A stretch of DNA of 64,000 nt. It comes from Promethearchaeota archaeon. GTDB lineage: Archaea > Asgardarchaeota > Heimdallarchaeia > Hodarchaeales > Hodarchaeaceae. The position numbers and the translations under genes are program-made. Positions 38,681 through 48,647 of this stretch are shown piece by piece. Position 1 is the stretch's first letter; each line of letters begins with the position of its first letter. Location of the stretch: assembly GCA_048938105.1 (NCBI GenBank), contig JBHLMN010000026.1, positions 1-64,000 on the forward strand. The letters run 5' to 3'. Below the pieces are notes generated by a model. It had not been told where the DNA came from. It saw nothing but the letters and a program-made list of their open reading frames with translations, and did no database searches.

Positions 38681-39907
38681 ATGAAACAAATTACAAAGAT
38701 TTTAAAGAGTTTCAATTTTTCAAAAGAGGAGCAAGAACAAAATCAGATGATTTTAGACATGGTTTATGAGCTCGCTATGAATGAAATCATCGAAAAAGAG
38801 CAGGATTGGGACGAAGAGGGAGCCCATTTTGACCCAGTAACAAAACAAGCGTCTTATCCAAGTGGAATGATGGATCTTTACAAAAAATGCCAAGAAAATG
38901 ATCTATTTGCGATCATTGTTCCTGATAAGTATGATGGATTTGGTTTAAGCTATACATTATGGACAGCTGTCATAGAATTAATGGCACGAGCCTCCTTAGC
39001 TTTCTCTATGTTCTTCCCAAGTCAAAGTCTTAGTATTGAGATTATAAACAACCATGGAACAGATGAAGCTAAAGAAAAGTATCTTCCATTACTTTCAAGT
39101 GGGGACGCTATAGGGGCTATGGCCTTTTCTGAGCCTAATGCTGGATCTGATATCTCTGCTGTCGCTACAAAGGCTGAGCTAGAAGGTGATACCTATTATC
39201 TCACTGGTAATAAGATATGGCTATCACACGGAGGTGCTGCTGGGACAAATATTGGACTTGCTGTTACAGATAAATCCAAGGGGCCTCGAGGGTTAAGTGC
39301 TTTCGTGATTGATCCTAAAATTGCTGGCGATGGATATGAAGTGGTACGAATCGAAGAAAAAATGGGTTTACACGGATCAATAACGGCTCAAGTGGCCCTA
39401 GATCGTGCTGAGGTACCAAAAGAAAATCTTTTAGGTAAGGAAAATGAGGGGTTGCGATTGGTATTAGGAAGTTTAGCCTCTAGCCGAATAGGGATTGCAG
39501 CACAATCAGCTGGTATTGCGGAAACAGCATTACAGGAAAGTATCAATTATGCAAACCAGCGTGTTCAATTTGGTCGTCCTATAGGAAAACATCAAGCTAT
39601 TTCATTTATGCTTGCAAATATGGCGACCCAAGTACATCAAACTCGTTTAATTTATCTCAATACTGCTCGAATGAAGGACAACGGGGAAAACACTCAAATT
39701 GAATCATCAATTGCCAAATATTATGCTACTGAGGCCGCACAAAAAGTTACTTATGATGCAGTTCAAATTCATGGCGGATATGGATATAGCCGAGAGTACC
39801 GGGTTGAAAGATTGTTTAGAGATGCTAGAGTGCTCACAATATATGAGGGAACATCTGAAATGCAAAAGACGATAATCTCACGAGGAGTCCTAGCACGAGC
39901 TCAATAA
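38681..39907 (+). CDS. Acyl-CoA dehydrogenase
   Basis: SEPNAGSD, GNKIW, R-x-QFGRPI, QIHGGYGY, IYEGTSE. Confidence 0.95.
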   Translation: MKQITKILKSFNFSKEEQEQNQMILDMVYELAMNEIIEKEQDWDEEGAHFDPVTKQASYPSGMMDLYKKCQENDLFAIIVPDKYDGFGLSYTLWTAVIELMARASLAFSMFFPSQSLSIEIINNHGTDEAKEKYLPLLSSGDAIGAMAFSEPNAGSDISAVATKAELEGDTYYLTGNKIWLSHGGAAGTNIGLAVTDKSKGPRGLSAFVIDPKIAGDGYEVVRIEEKMGLHGSITAQVALDRAEVPKENLLGKENEGLRLVLGSLASSRIGIAAQSAGIAETALQESINYANQRVQFGRPIGKHQAISFMLANMATQVHQTRLIYLNTARMKDNGENTQIESSIAKYYATEAAQKVTYDAVQIHGGYGYSREYRVERLFRDARVLTIYEGTSEMQKTIISRGVLARAQ

Positions 39908-39937
39908 TAAAAAAATAGGTACGGAGGAATTAAAAAT

Positions 39938-40738
39938 ATGAACATTATCGTGTTTGTAAAAGCAACAATAGATCGGAATGCTCCTCTGAGTTCTGATGAA
40001 ACCTTTCCAGGGGATCGTGATGACAAAGCTGATGTTATGACTAACAATTATGATAAGCATGCCATTGAGGCAGCTCTGAAAATTGTTGAAGGAAAAGGTA
40101 AAGGCAAAGTCACTGCGGTATGTTTGGGTTCTGAAATGGCCGATAAGGTTGTTAAAGAGGCAATTGCAATGGGTTGTAACGAGGCGGTTCGAATCGAGAA
40201 TTCTGAATCGCGTGTTACAAATTTTTTCGCTGTTGCTAAAGTTTTGGCTGCAGCGGTTAAAAAAATTGGGACTTATGATTTAGTTCTTTTTGGGATGCAA
40301 AGTTATGATTATGGTACAGCTACTATGGCTCCTATAGTTTCAGAGTTCCTTAATCTTCCTAGTGCCTCTTGGGTTGAAAGAATTTCACTAAATGGCGATA
40401 AAATTAGCGTTGAAAAAGTTATTGAAGGTGGTACCAGAACAGTTGAACTCCAGTTGCCCGCTATTCTTAGTATTGCTTCTACTGGTGATTTTGAAGAGCC
40501 TCGCTATACTAGTGTCCGTCGAATTATGAAAGCTAGCAGGACTAAAGTTCCTGTCTGGGAAATAGGTGAATTAGAATCCGGAATTCTTGATACCAATGTT
40601 GATTTCACCAAAATTGAAGAACCTCCAGCACGCTTGGAAAAATGTATTGTTTTTAAAGACGACGACGTACCTGTGTTGATAGATAATCTGCTAGCAACAC
40701 TTAAAGAGAAAGGATTGAACTTAGGAGCGTATAAATAA
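39938..40738 (+). CDS. etfB: Electron transfer flavoprotein beta subunit
   Basis: YDKHAIEAAL, AIAMG, DLVLFG-x-QS-x-D, EPRY. Confidence 0.92.
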   Translation: MNIIVFVKATIDRNAPLSSDETFPGDRDDKADVMTNNYDKHAIEAALKIVEGKGKGKVTAVCLGSEMADKVVKEAIAMGCNEAVRIENSESRVTNFFAVAKVLAAAVKKIGTYDLVLFGMQSYDYGTATMAPIVSEFLNLPSASWVERISLNGDKISVEKVIEGGTRTVELQLPAILSIASTGDFEEPRYTSVRRIMKASRTKVPVWEIGELESGILDTNVDFTKIEEPPARLEKCIVFKDDDVPVLIDNLLATLKEKGLNLGAYK

Positions 40739-40751
40739 GAGGTGAAGAAGA

Positions 40752-41720
40752 ATGTCAAACTTACTTGTTGTTATCGAAATTGCCAAAGGAAAAATCACAG
40801 GGATAACAAAGGAATGCCTTACTGTTGCAAAAAAACTGAGCGAGGATCTGGGAGTTGATATTGAAGGAGTTATATTAGGACAGAATGTAAATGATTTAGC
40901 CATAGAAGCAACTAAATATGGTATAAAGAAAATATACAAGGTTGATGATGCACAATTTGCCAGAATAAACATCCTTTACCATACTCGAACATTAGAAGAG
41001 TTAATCAAACAATTTGCACCACCTACTATTATTATGGCTGGAGCAAGTCTTTATGGACAAGAAATAATTCCTCGATTAGCCGCTCGGTTTAATTCTGCTA
41101 TGTTCGCTTCTGTGAAATCTTTGGTTATTGAAGGTGATAATCTTATTGGAATTCACCCTCTCTTTGAGGAGAAACTTCTCGGGACAATGTCAGCTAATAA
41201 AAATCAATTAAATTTTGTAACTATTTTAGGTGGCAATAATCCTGAAGCAGAAATTGATGAATCATTATCTGGAGAGATTACTGACTTTTCCCCTGTAATT
41301 TCTGAAGGTGATAAAAGAGAAACTTTTATAGAAGAAAAAATCGCTAAAGTTTCCGTTGATATCACAAAAGCAAAGTTAATTGTTGCAGGTGGCCGTGGTG
41401 TAGGGAGTAAAGATAAGTTTGGAATCATAAGTGAGACAGCTAAAGCCCTTGGTGGTGAAGTTGGGGCGAGTCGTGCAGCTGTGGATGCAGATTGGGTGCC
41501 TTATGATCATGAGATTGGCCAAACAGGGAAAACAATCACACCTGATTTTTATATTGGCTGTGGAATCTCTGGAGCTATTCAACACCTTGTTGGTATGAAG
41601 AACTCCAAAACAATAATTGCTATTAACACAGATGAAGAAGCCCCAATGCTTGACGTTGCTCACTATGCAATTATTGCTGATCTTCACGAAGTCCTTCCCG
41701 AACTAATAAAAAAAGTCTAA
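40752..41720 (+). CDS. etfA: Electron transfer flavoprotein alpha subunit
   Basis: AGGRG, GASRAAVD, IGQTGK, GISGAIQH-x-x-GM. Confidence 0.95.
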   Translation: MSNLLVVIEIAKGKITGITKECLTVAKKLSEDLGVDIEGVILGQNVNDLAIEATKYGIKKIYKVDDAQFARINILYHTRTLEELIKQFAPPTIIMAGASLYGQEIIPRLAARFNSAMFASVKSLVIEGDNLIGIHPLFEEKLLGTMSANKNQLNFVTILGGNNPEAEIDESLSGEITDFSPVISEGDKRETFIEEKIAKVSVDITKAKLIVAGGRGVGSKDKFGIISETAKALGGEVGASRAAVDADWVPYDHEIGQTGKTITPDFYIGCGISGAIQHLVGMKNSKTIIAINTDEEAPMLDVAHYAIIADLHEVLPELIKKV

Positions 41721-41874
41721 TTGAAATTAATGGATGAGTATTCCAATTGAAAATAGGAGTTACTCCTGTTTTTCCTCTTTTTTCTTGAGTTTAAGAACAC
41801 ATTTTTATGATGTAAGAAAACTCAAAAAGTACTCCTAATATTTTTGAAAGTAAATTTCAATTAAGGGCTTTATA

Positions 41875-42846
41875 ATGAAAGAGTATTTTTTAATTGTTAA
41901 TCCAGTTGCTGGTGGAGGACGTGTTGAAAAGCTTTGGAATGAGCAAATAAAGCCATTAGTGGATAAATATGGAATAGGATATGATTTTGAGTTTACCACG
42001 CGTTCACAACATGCAATTAAAATTGCACAAACCCGTGTTAACGAGGGATACGGAATTATTTGTTCTATTGGTGGTGATGGAACCGCAAATGAAGTGCTTA
42101 ATGGTGTTTTGAAAGCTAAAAAGCCTGGAGTCTTTTCAGCGATTCCTGTTGGTACAGGCGACGACATTCCCACTGTTTATGGGATTCCAGAGGGAGATTT
42201 AGAAGCAGCTGTCCAGTGTCTAGCAGAAGGCCAAAATAAAGCATTTGATGTGGGTTATTGTGAAACTGCTGACCGGTATTTTGCAGGTGTAGCTTCAATG
42301 GGTTTTGATGCAGAAGTAGCTGACCGTACCAATAAAGGTTCAAAAAGGTTGAGTGGTACAAAAAACTATCAGATAGCACTTTTGAAGACAATACTAAAGT
42401 TTAAGCCATACGATCTGGTGATAAGATGTGACGAAAAGCCCCCCATCGAAGGTCAAAGAATGTTACTTGCCATAGGTAATGGAAAACGATATGGAGGAGG
42501 TATGCATATTTGTCCAAACGCAAAAATAACAGATGGAACATTCGCGCTCACAACATTATGTAAGATCAGTCGTATTACCCTTCTTAGAGTTTTTCCCAAG
42601 GTCTATAATGGTGAGCATATCAATCATAAAAGTGTTGAAACTTTTAAAGGTACAACAATATATGTTGACTCTCCAAAAAAGAAATGCTTATATCAGGTTG
42701 ATGGGGAAATTATGGGATATTTACCTGAAACCTTTGTAACTAAATCTAATACTCTCACGGTAAGAGTTCCCGATCCATGGATCTCATATTCAGAAATTTG
42801 GAAAAAAAAGATGGATCAGAAAAAAAGAAGAATTAACATGCGATAA
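41875..42846 (+). CDS. Diacylglycerol kinase family lipid kinase (YegS/DgkB-like)
   Basis: NPVAG, GGDGT-x-NE, P-x-GTGDD, GFDA, YGGG, QVDGE. Confidence 0.9.
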   Translation: MKEYFLIVNPVAGGGRVEKLWNEQIKPLVDKYGIGYDFEFTTRSQHAIKIAQTRVNEGYGIICSIGGDGTANEVLNGVLKAKKPGVFSAIPVGTGDDIPTVYGIPEGDLEAAVQCLAEGQNKAFDVGYCETADRYFAGVASMGFDAEVADRTNKGSKRLSGTKNYQIALLKTILKFKPYDLVIRCDEKPPIEGQRMLLAIGNGKRYGGGMHICPNAKITDGTFALTTLCKISRITLLRVFPKVYNGEHINHKSVETFKGTTIYVDSPKKKCLYQVDGEIMGYLPETFVTKSNTLTVRVPDPWISYSEIWKKKMDQKKRRINMR

Positions 42847-42945
42847 AATATAAAAGTCTATCAGTGAGAAAAAAAAGAAAGTTGTATTACAAATAAGCAA
42901 GAAATTAATTCATTAACCTTTTTTCAAATATTAGGGCGATTTAAA

Positions 42946-44217
42946 ATGAAAATTAAGAAAATCCATGCAAGAGAAGTGTTTGACTCTCGCGGAAATCCCA
43001 CAGTCGAAGTAGAATGTACACTTGATAATGGTATTCTTACTCGAGCTATGGTACCTTCAGGTGCTAGTACTGGTATACATGAAGCCTTAGAGTTAAGAGA
43101 TGGGGGTACCAGACTTATGGGGAAGTCCGTATCGAAAGCGGTTGCCAATGTGAATAATATAGCTACAAAATTAATCGGGATGGATCCTATAAATCAAACG
43201 GAAATCGATACATTCCTTCTTAAACTTGATGGTACCGAAAATAAGTCAAAACTAGGAGCAAATGCGATTTTAGGGATTTCTATGGCTATTTGTAAAGCAG
43301 GAGCTCAAAGCCAAGGATTATCACTCTATCATCATCTTGGGAATCTTCGAGGTAATGACCAATTTGTGTTGCCTGTTCCAAGTTTAAATGTGATCAACGG
43401 CGGAGAACATGGTGGAAATGATATTGCTTTCCAAGAATTTATGTTAATGCCCGTAGGTGCGCCTACTTTTAAGGAAGCAATGGTTTTAGGTGTCGAAGTG
43501 TATCATACCTTGAAAAAGATCATTAAAAAGAAACACGGAGTCACTGCTATTAATGTAGGTGATGAAGGTGGATTCGCTCCCCCTTTAAGCCTAGTTGAAG
43601 AGCCATTAAAGCTTATAATGGAAGCAATTGATGATGCTGGTCATTCAGGGAGATTTAAGCTAGCACTGGATCCTGCAGCATCTGAATTCTACGAAGATGG
43701 AAAGTATATCGTAGATGGCAAAGCTTTAGACAAGGATGCCTTTGTTGATGTTTATGAAGGTTTTATTGAAAAATATCCTATAATTTCTATTGAGGATCCT
43801 TTTGATCAAGATGACTGGGAAACTTTTCAGAAATTTACTCAAAGAAATGGAGATAAAATCCAAATTGTTGGAGACGATCTATTGGTTACAAATGTCAAGC
43901 GAATCCAAAAAGCTATTGATTCTAAAGCTTGTAATGCACTCTTGTTGAAAGTTAACCAGATTGGATCAGTCACAGAGAGTATTAATGCAGCAAAATTAAG
44001 TCAGGATAATGGTTGGACAGTAATGGTGTCTCACAGATCTGGTGAGACAGAGGATCCTTTCATAGCAGATTTAGTTGTTGGGTTAAAAACTGGTCAGATC
44101 AAAACCGGTGCTCCATGTCGCTCCGAAAGATTGGCAAAATATAACCAATTAATTCGAATTGAGGAACAGTTAGGTGATCAAGCGACATATGCAGGTACAA
44201 AATTCAGGCAGCTCTGA
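42946..44217 (+). CDS. eno: Enolase
   Basis: [37 protein letters not shown]. Confidence 0.97.
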   Translation: MKIKKIHAREVFDSRGNPTVEVECTLDNGILTRAMVPSGASTGIHEALELRDGGTRLMGKSVSKAVANVNNIATKLIGMDPINQTEIDTFLLKLDGTENKSKLGANAILGISMAICKAGAQSQGLSLYHHLGNLRGNDQFVLPVPSLNVINGGEHGGNDIAFQEFMLMPVGAPTFKEAMVLGVEVYHTLKKIIKKKHGVTAINVGDEGGFAPPLSLVEEPLKLIMEAIDDAGHSGRFKLALDPAASEFYEDGKYIVDGKALDKDAFVDVYEGFIEKYPIISIEDPFDQDDWETFQKFTQRNGDKIQIVGDDLLVTNVKRIQKAIDSKACNALLLKVNQIGSVTESINAAKLSQDNGWTVMVSHRSGETEDPFIADLVVGLKTGQIKTGAPCRSERLAKYNQLIRIEEQLGDQATYAGTKFRQL

Positions 44218-44513
44218 ACCTCAATCTTTTCTTTTACGAGAAATATACTATTATACAATAAAAAGGAGTTTTCTCTTTCTTTTTCTTACTTTACTTTATT
44301 CTTTCATCATAGAAAATGCTTGAACTACATCAAAAAGACTACTACTTTTTTAGAATTTTCATGATGTCATTATAAATTAAAAACGTAATCCTGTATTAAA
44401 TTACATATATATATTTTTGTTTAAAAGGGTCTGCTTGGCGAAATAAACTAAATTTAGCAAGGAATTCGTCTCAATCTATAAATATTATTATTAATTCATT
44501 GACGTGTTAAACA

Positions 44514-46958
44514 ATGTCGGAAAATAAAAGTGAGAAGTACGTTATCTGGTTTGATGAACTCAGGATCGAAGATGTACCGTTAGTTGGAGGAAAGAACGCC
44601 TCTCTAGGTGAAATGTATCATAGTCTCAAAGAAAAGGGAGTTTTAGTCCCTAATGGTTTTGCTATAACTGCGGGTGCTTATCGTCATCTTCTAAAGAACG
44701 CTGGAATTGAAGATGCGGTTAAGGAAGCATTAGAAGGATTAGATACTCATGACATTCGTAATCTTCAAGAACGTGGGAGAAGAGTCAGAGAGATAATCCG
44801 ATATGCCAAACTTCCTAATGATTTGGAAGAGGAGATCCGCAAAGCCTACCGTCGTCTTTGTGATGAAACAAATACAACTGACGTTGATGTTGCAGTCCGT
44901 TCCAGTGCTACTGCAGAGGATCTACCTGATGCATCTTTTGCAGGCCAGCAAGAAACTTATCTCAACATTCGGGGAGAAGAATCCCTTTTATTTGCCTGTC
45001 GTTCATGTTTTGCTAGTCTTTTCACGAATCGGGCGATAAGTTATAGAGAAGACAAGGGTTTTGGGCATTTTGACGTTTATCTTTCGATAGGAGTACAGAT
45101 AATGGTACGGTCTGATGCTGCCTCTTCTGGTGTTATATTTTCTATTGATACTGAATCTGGTTTTAAAGACGCGGTTTATATTACTGGTGCTTTCGGTCTA
45201 GGTGAAAATGTAGTGCAAGGAGCTGTGAATCCTGATGAATTCTATGTCTTTAAACCGACTTTAAAGGGAGGAAAACGACCTATCATTGGAAAACGGCTTG
45301 GAACCAAAGAAGAAATGATGGTGTACACCTCAGATCAACGTCGGCCAACTAAAAATGTTGATACACCAGAATCGATGCGAAGATCTTTCTGTATTAATGA
45401 TGACGAAATTCTTCAGCTTGCTAAGTGGGCAGCAATAATTGAGGATCATTATGGGAAACCTATGGACATTGAATGGGCTAAAAATGGAGATGGAGATTAC
45501 GAGGGTGACGGAAAACTCTATATAGTTCAAGCACGACCAGAAACAGTACATTCTCAAAAAGCCTCTAATGTAATTGAAACTTATGTTCTGAATGAAAAGG
45601 GGAAAGAACTTGTTAGAGGTCAAGCGGTTGGATCTAAGATAGGACAGGGTAAGGTTAATGTCATTGAGAAATCTTCCCGAATTCATGAATTTAAGAAAGG
45701 CGAAGTATTAGTTACTGATATGACAGATCCTGACTGGGAGCCAATTATGAAAATAGCATCTGCAATTGTTACGAATCGTGGCGGGCGTACTTGTCACGCA
45801 GCTATCGTTTCACGAGAACTTGGGATTCCAGCGGTTATTGGAACAGAAATAGCAACAAAAGTATTGAGAGATGGAATGGAAGTCACTGCTTCGTGCGCAG
45901 AAGGGCAAGAGGGTATAATTTACGAGGGTATTCTTCCTTTCAATGTAGAAAGAATATTCTTAGATGAAATGCCCAATACGCGAACTAAAATTATGATGAA
46001 TGTTGGTATTCCTGAAAAAGCATTCGACCAAGGCCAAATACCTAACGACGGGGTTGGATTAGCCAGAGAAGAATTCATAATAAACTCCTATATAGGAATC
46101 CATCCGCTTGCTTTACATCACTACAATGAGCTCAAAGAAAAAGCTGGTACTGATGGTGAAATTCGAGAAATTATTCGTAAGATTGATGAGAAAACTGCAG
46201 CATACGAAGATAAAGAAGAGTTCTTTATTGAAAACCTAGCTATGGGAATCGGACGTATTGCTGCTGGTTTTCATCCTAATGATGTTGTTGTTCGACTATC
46301 AGATTTTAAGACAAATGAGTATGCCAATCTAATCGGGGGATCCCTTTATGAACCTGATGAATCCAATCCTATGATTGGCTGGCGGGGTGCTTCACGTTAT
46401 TACGATCCAAGCTTCAAACCTGCATTTATCATGGAATGTAAAGCGATTAAACGCGTTCGTGATGAAATGGGCTTAACTAATGTCATTACCATGATTCCAT
46501 TCTGCCGTACAGTAGAAGAAGGCCGAAAGGTTATTGCAGCAATGGCTGAGGCAGGTTTGAGACAAGGTGAAAATGGATTAGAAGTATATGTGATGGCTGA
46601 GATTCCGTCTAATGTGATTGAGGCTGATGGTTTTGCTGAAGTATTCGATGGATTTTCTATTGGAAGTAATGATTTGACACAGCTTGCTTTGGGTCTTGAT
46701 AGAGATTCTGAATTAGTTGCTCATATTTATGATGAACGGGACACATCAGTGAAACGGCTAGTGAAATCAGTGATTGATACTGCTAAAGAGAAAGGAAAAA
46801 AGATTGGTATTTGTGGACAAGCACCAAGTGATTTTCCTGAGTTTGCAACCTTCCTTGTTGAATGCGGCATTGATTCCATGAGTTTAAATCCTGATACTGT
46901 TGTAAAGACAAAACTTGACATTGCCAAAAAAGAAAAGGAATTAGGAATTGAACCCTAA
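44514..46958 (+). CDS. ppsA: Phosphoenolpyruvate synthase
   Basis: VGGKNASLGEM, VRSSATAEDLP-x-ASFAGQQ, GGRTCHAAI, SIGSNDL, CGQAPSD. Confidence 0.96.
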   Translation: MSENKSEKYVIWFDELRIEDVPLVGGKNASLGEMYHSLKEKGVLVPNGFAITAGAYRHLLKNAGIEDAVKEALEGLDTHDIRNLQERGRRVREIIRYAKLPNDLEEEIRKAYRRLCDETNTTDVDVAVRSSATAEDLPDASFAGQQETYLNIRGEESLLFACRSCFASLFTNRAISYREDKGFGHFDVYLSIGVQIMVRSDAASSGVIFSIDTESGFKDAVYITGAFGLGENVVQGAVNPDEFYVFKPTLKGGKRPIIGKRLGTKEEMMVYTSDQRRPTKNVDTPESMRRSFCINDDEILQLAKWAAIIEDHYGKPMDIEWAKNGDGDYEGDGKLYIVQARPETVHSQKASNVIETYVLNEKGKELVRGQAVGSKIGQGKVNVIEKSSRIHEFKKGEVLVTDMTDPDWEPIMKIASAIVTNRGGRTCHAAIVSRELGIPAVIGTEIATKVLRDGMEVTASCAEGQEGIIYEGILPFNVERIFLDEMPNTRTKIMMNVGIPEKAFDQGQIPNDGVGLAREEFIINSYIGIHPLALHHYNELKEKAGTDGEIREIIRKIDEKTAAYEDKEEFFIENLAMGIGRIAAGFHPNDVVVRLSDFKTNEYANLIGGSLYEPDESNPMIGWRGASRYYDPSFKPAFIMECKAIKRVRDEMGLTNVITMIPFCRTVEEGRKVIAAMAEAGLRQGENGLEVYVMAEIPSNVIEADGFAEVFDGFSIGSNDLTQLALGLDRDSELVAHIYDERDTSVKRLVKSVIDTAKEKGKKIGICGQAPSDFPEFATFLVECGIDSMSLNPDTVVKTKLDIAKKEKELGIEP

Positions 46959-47006
46959 TTTCCTCTCATTTATTTTATTATTTATATTAAATTCCTTCCC
47001 AGTCTC

Positions 47007-47366
47007 TTAGTCTTTTCCAATTTTATATTGTTTTAAAAAGATTAATCTTAGACATTCAAGGCAAGCCTCACCCAAACAACGTTTTTGTGAAATTATTATC
47101 TGTTTTTCAGGAGTAGTTACAAGAGAAATCGCTTCAAAAGGGCAAGCTTCAATGACTTTTTCAAAGTCCATTGATTGACCATGAAGATTAATCTGGCGGG
47201 AAATGTTTTGGATGGTTGTTTTATGGGGCAAATTAGTACTGAATTTCGCAGATTCCTTTTTAAAAAAGAGACGGCTGACAAGGTATATATTGAAAGCTAA
47301 TAGGGTCATAAGAAGGAAAATAAATAGAATAAAGGAGATAAATAGGAGCTGAGATGATACCATCAT
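47007..47366 (-). CDS. Membrane-anchored degenerate ferredoxin-like (HycF/NuoI-like) protein
   Basis: N-terminal TM; ACPFEAI and CLGEACLEC; the first CxxCxxC is absent. Confidence 0.6.
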   Translation of the reverse strand: MMVSSQLLFISFILFIFLLMTLLAFNIYLVSRLFFKKESAKFSTNLPHKTTIQNISRQINLHGQSMDFEKVIEACPFEAISLVTTPEKQIIISQKRCLGEACLECLRLIFLKQYKIGKD

Positions 47367-47369
47367 TAA

Positions 47370-48488
47370 TCACTCTAGATTAAATGCGATTTCAGGATCG
47401 AAAAAAAGCAATATAATGGGTTTTATAGTGATTGGACAGGTTGAAAGAATTTTTAGAAACCCAGTCATGTTCGACATTTGAGGGGGAATGAAGTTGAAGT
47501 ACCTGACTTTATTATCAGAAATATTCACTGTTAAATGACTTTCACCAAGAACAGTTGAAAAAGTAGATGTAGCTTCACCGTTTAAAGGCTTAATTAAAGT
47601 ATCCAGAGTTTTACTTGGAAAATCTTTAAGTAATTGAGAAATTCGATTTAGTGCTAATATCATTTCAACATAACCAACTCTCAATACATTTAATACATTG
47701 TTATCCTTAGCATAAGCATACTTAAGATAAATCTGTGCAGATTGTCTTGTAAGAATAGGAGTAGGTGAAATCAATGAGGGAACTAGTCCTGAGGCTCGTG
47801 CTATAGGCCCAGTTATCCCTGAAGTTTTTACATTATCTAAAGATAGAATTTCTAACCCTTTTACCGTATTTTTGATCTTCAGCTTTCTTTCGATATATTT
47901 CGCTATCAACCATGCATTTTTCTGTTGAAAAAAGATAATTTTTTGAATCTCAGGAATTTTTGAAAGATTAAAAGGCAGGACTATGCTATTTGGGCGAATT
48001 AAACCACATGGATATCTAACCTGCCATAAAGACTCAAAAATATGTTGAAAAGAAGAATAACAAGTATAAGATAATTCTGCGATTTTATGTTCTCTTAAAA
48101 AACGTAAAATCCAATAAAATAGATAGAAATAGATCATAGTTCGTTCTATGTTTAACAATAATCCTCTATAGTGTTTAATATCCTCAGAGATTAGAGTTCC
48201 CCCTATTAATTCAATAGTTTCGGATAAATGGACTTGATTTGATATTGAATTAATGGAATGTTCTCTTTCAAGTAATAAAAATAGTTTAGAAAGAGACATA
48301 TCAGTTCTTAATTTTTCTCTAGCACGTCTCTTGCTTAAATACTTTGTTAAATCACTGGGAGTCATCGTTGTCAAAAGCTGTGAGAATATTTCAGGGAAAA
48401 AATGGAATTTATTTATTTTTCTAGTTTTTTCAATCTCAAAAGTATTCATTTTGGTAACACTGCACAGGTTGGGTCGTTTATGAGACAC
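47370..48488 (-). CDS. Degenerate group-4 [NiFe]-hydrogenase large subunit / NuoD-like protein lacking Ni-binding cysteines
   Basis: R-x-L-x-x-x-IER, GITGPIARASG, R-x-x-x-x-EM-x-x-x-x-x-x-I-x-Q, GE...PP, terminal DP. Both CxxC motifs are replaced (EREHSINS; DPEIAF). Confidence 0.7.
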   Translation of the reverse strand: MSHKRPNLCSVTKMNTFEIEKTRKINKFHFFPEIFSQLLTTMTPSDLTKYLSKRRAREKLRTDMSLSKLFLLLEREHSINSISNQVHLSETIELIGGTLISEDIKHYRGLLLNIERTMIYFYLFYWILRFLREHKIAELSYTCYSSFQHIFESLWQVRYPCGLIRPNSIVLPFNLSKIPEIQKIIFFQQKNAWLIAKYIERKLKIKNTVKGLEILSLDNVKTSGITGPIARASGLVPSLISPTPILTRQSAQIYLKYAYAKDNNVLNVLRVGYVEMILALNRISQLLKDFPSKTLDTLIKPLNGEATSTFSTVLGESHLTVNISDNKVRYFNFIPPQMSNMTGFLKILSTCPITIKPIILLFFDPEIAFNLE

Positions 48489-48647
48489 TTTTTGTTAAAT
48501 CATTAAATTTTCCTTACTTTCTTTTCTTTTCTCCTTACATCACGCAATTAATTTCATCATTATTTCATTAATTTCCTCGAAATAAATAATAATTAAAATT
48601 CTAAAGTCGAGAATCAATTGACAAGGACGTTCCATGGAGGCGTATAT

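Noticed and set aside
44338-44355. TrmB operator upstream of ppsA (ACTACTACTTTTTTAG)
   Set aside because: Half-site only and about 160 nt from the start; insufficient support.
47370-48488. Functional [NiFe]-hydrogenase
   Set aside because: Both CxxC metal-binding motifs are absent.
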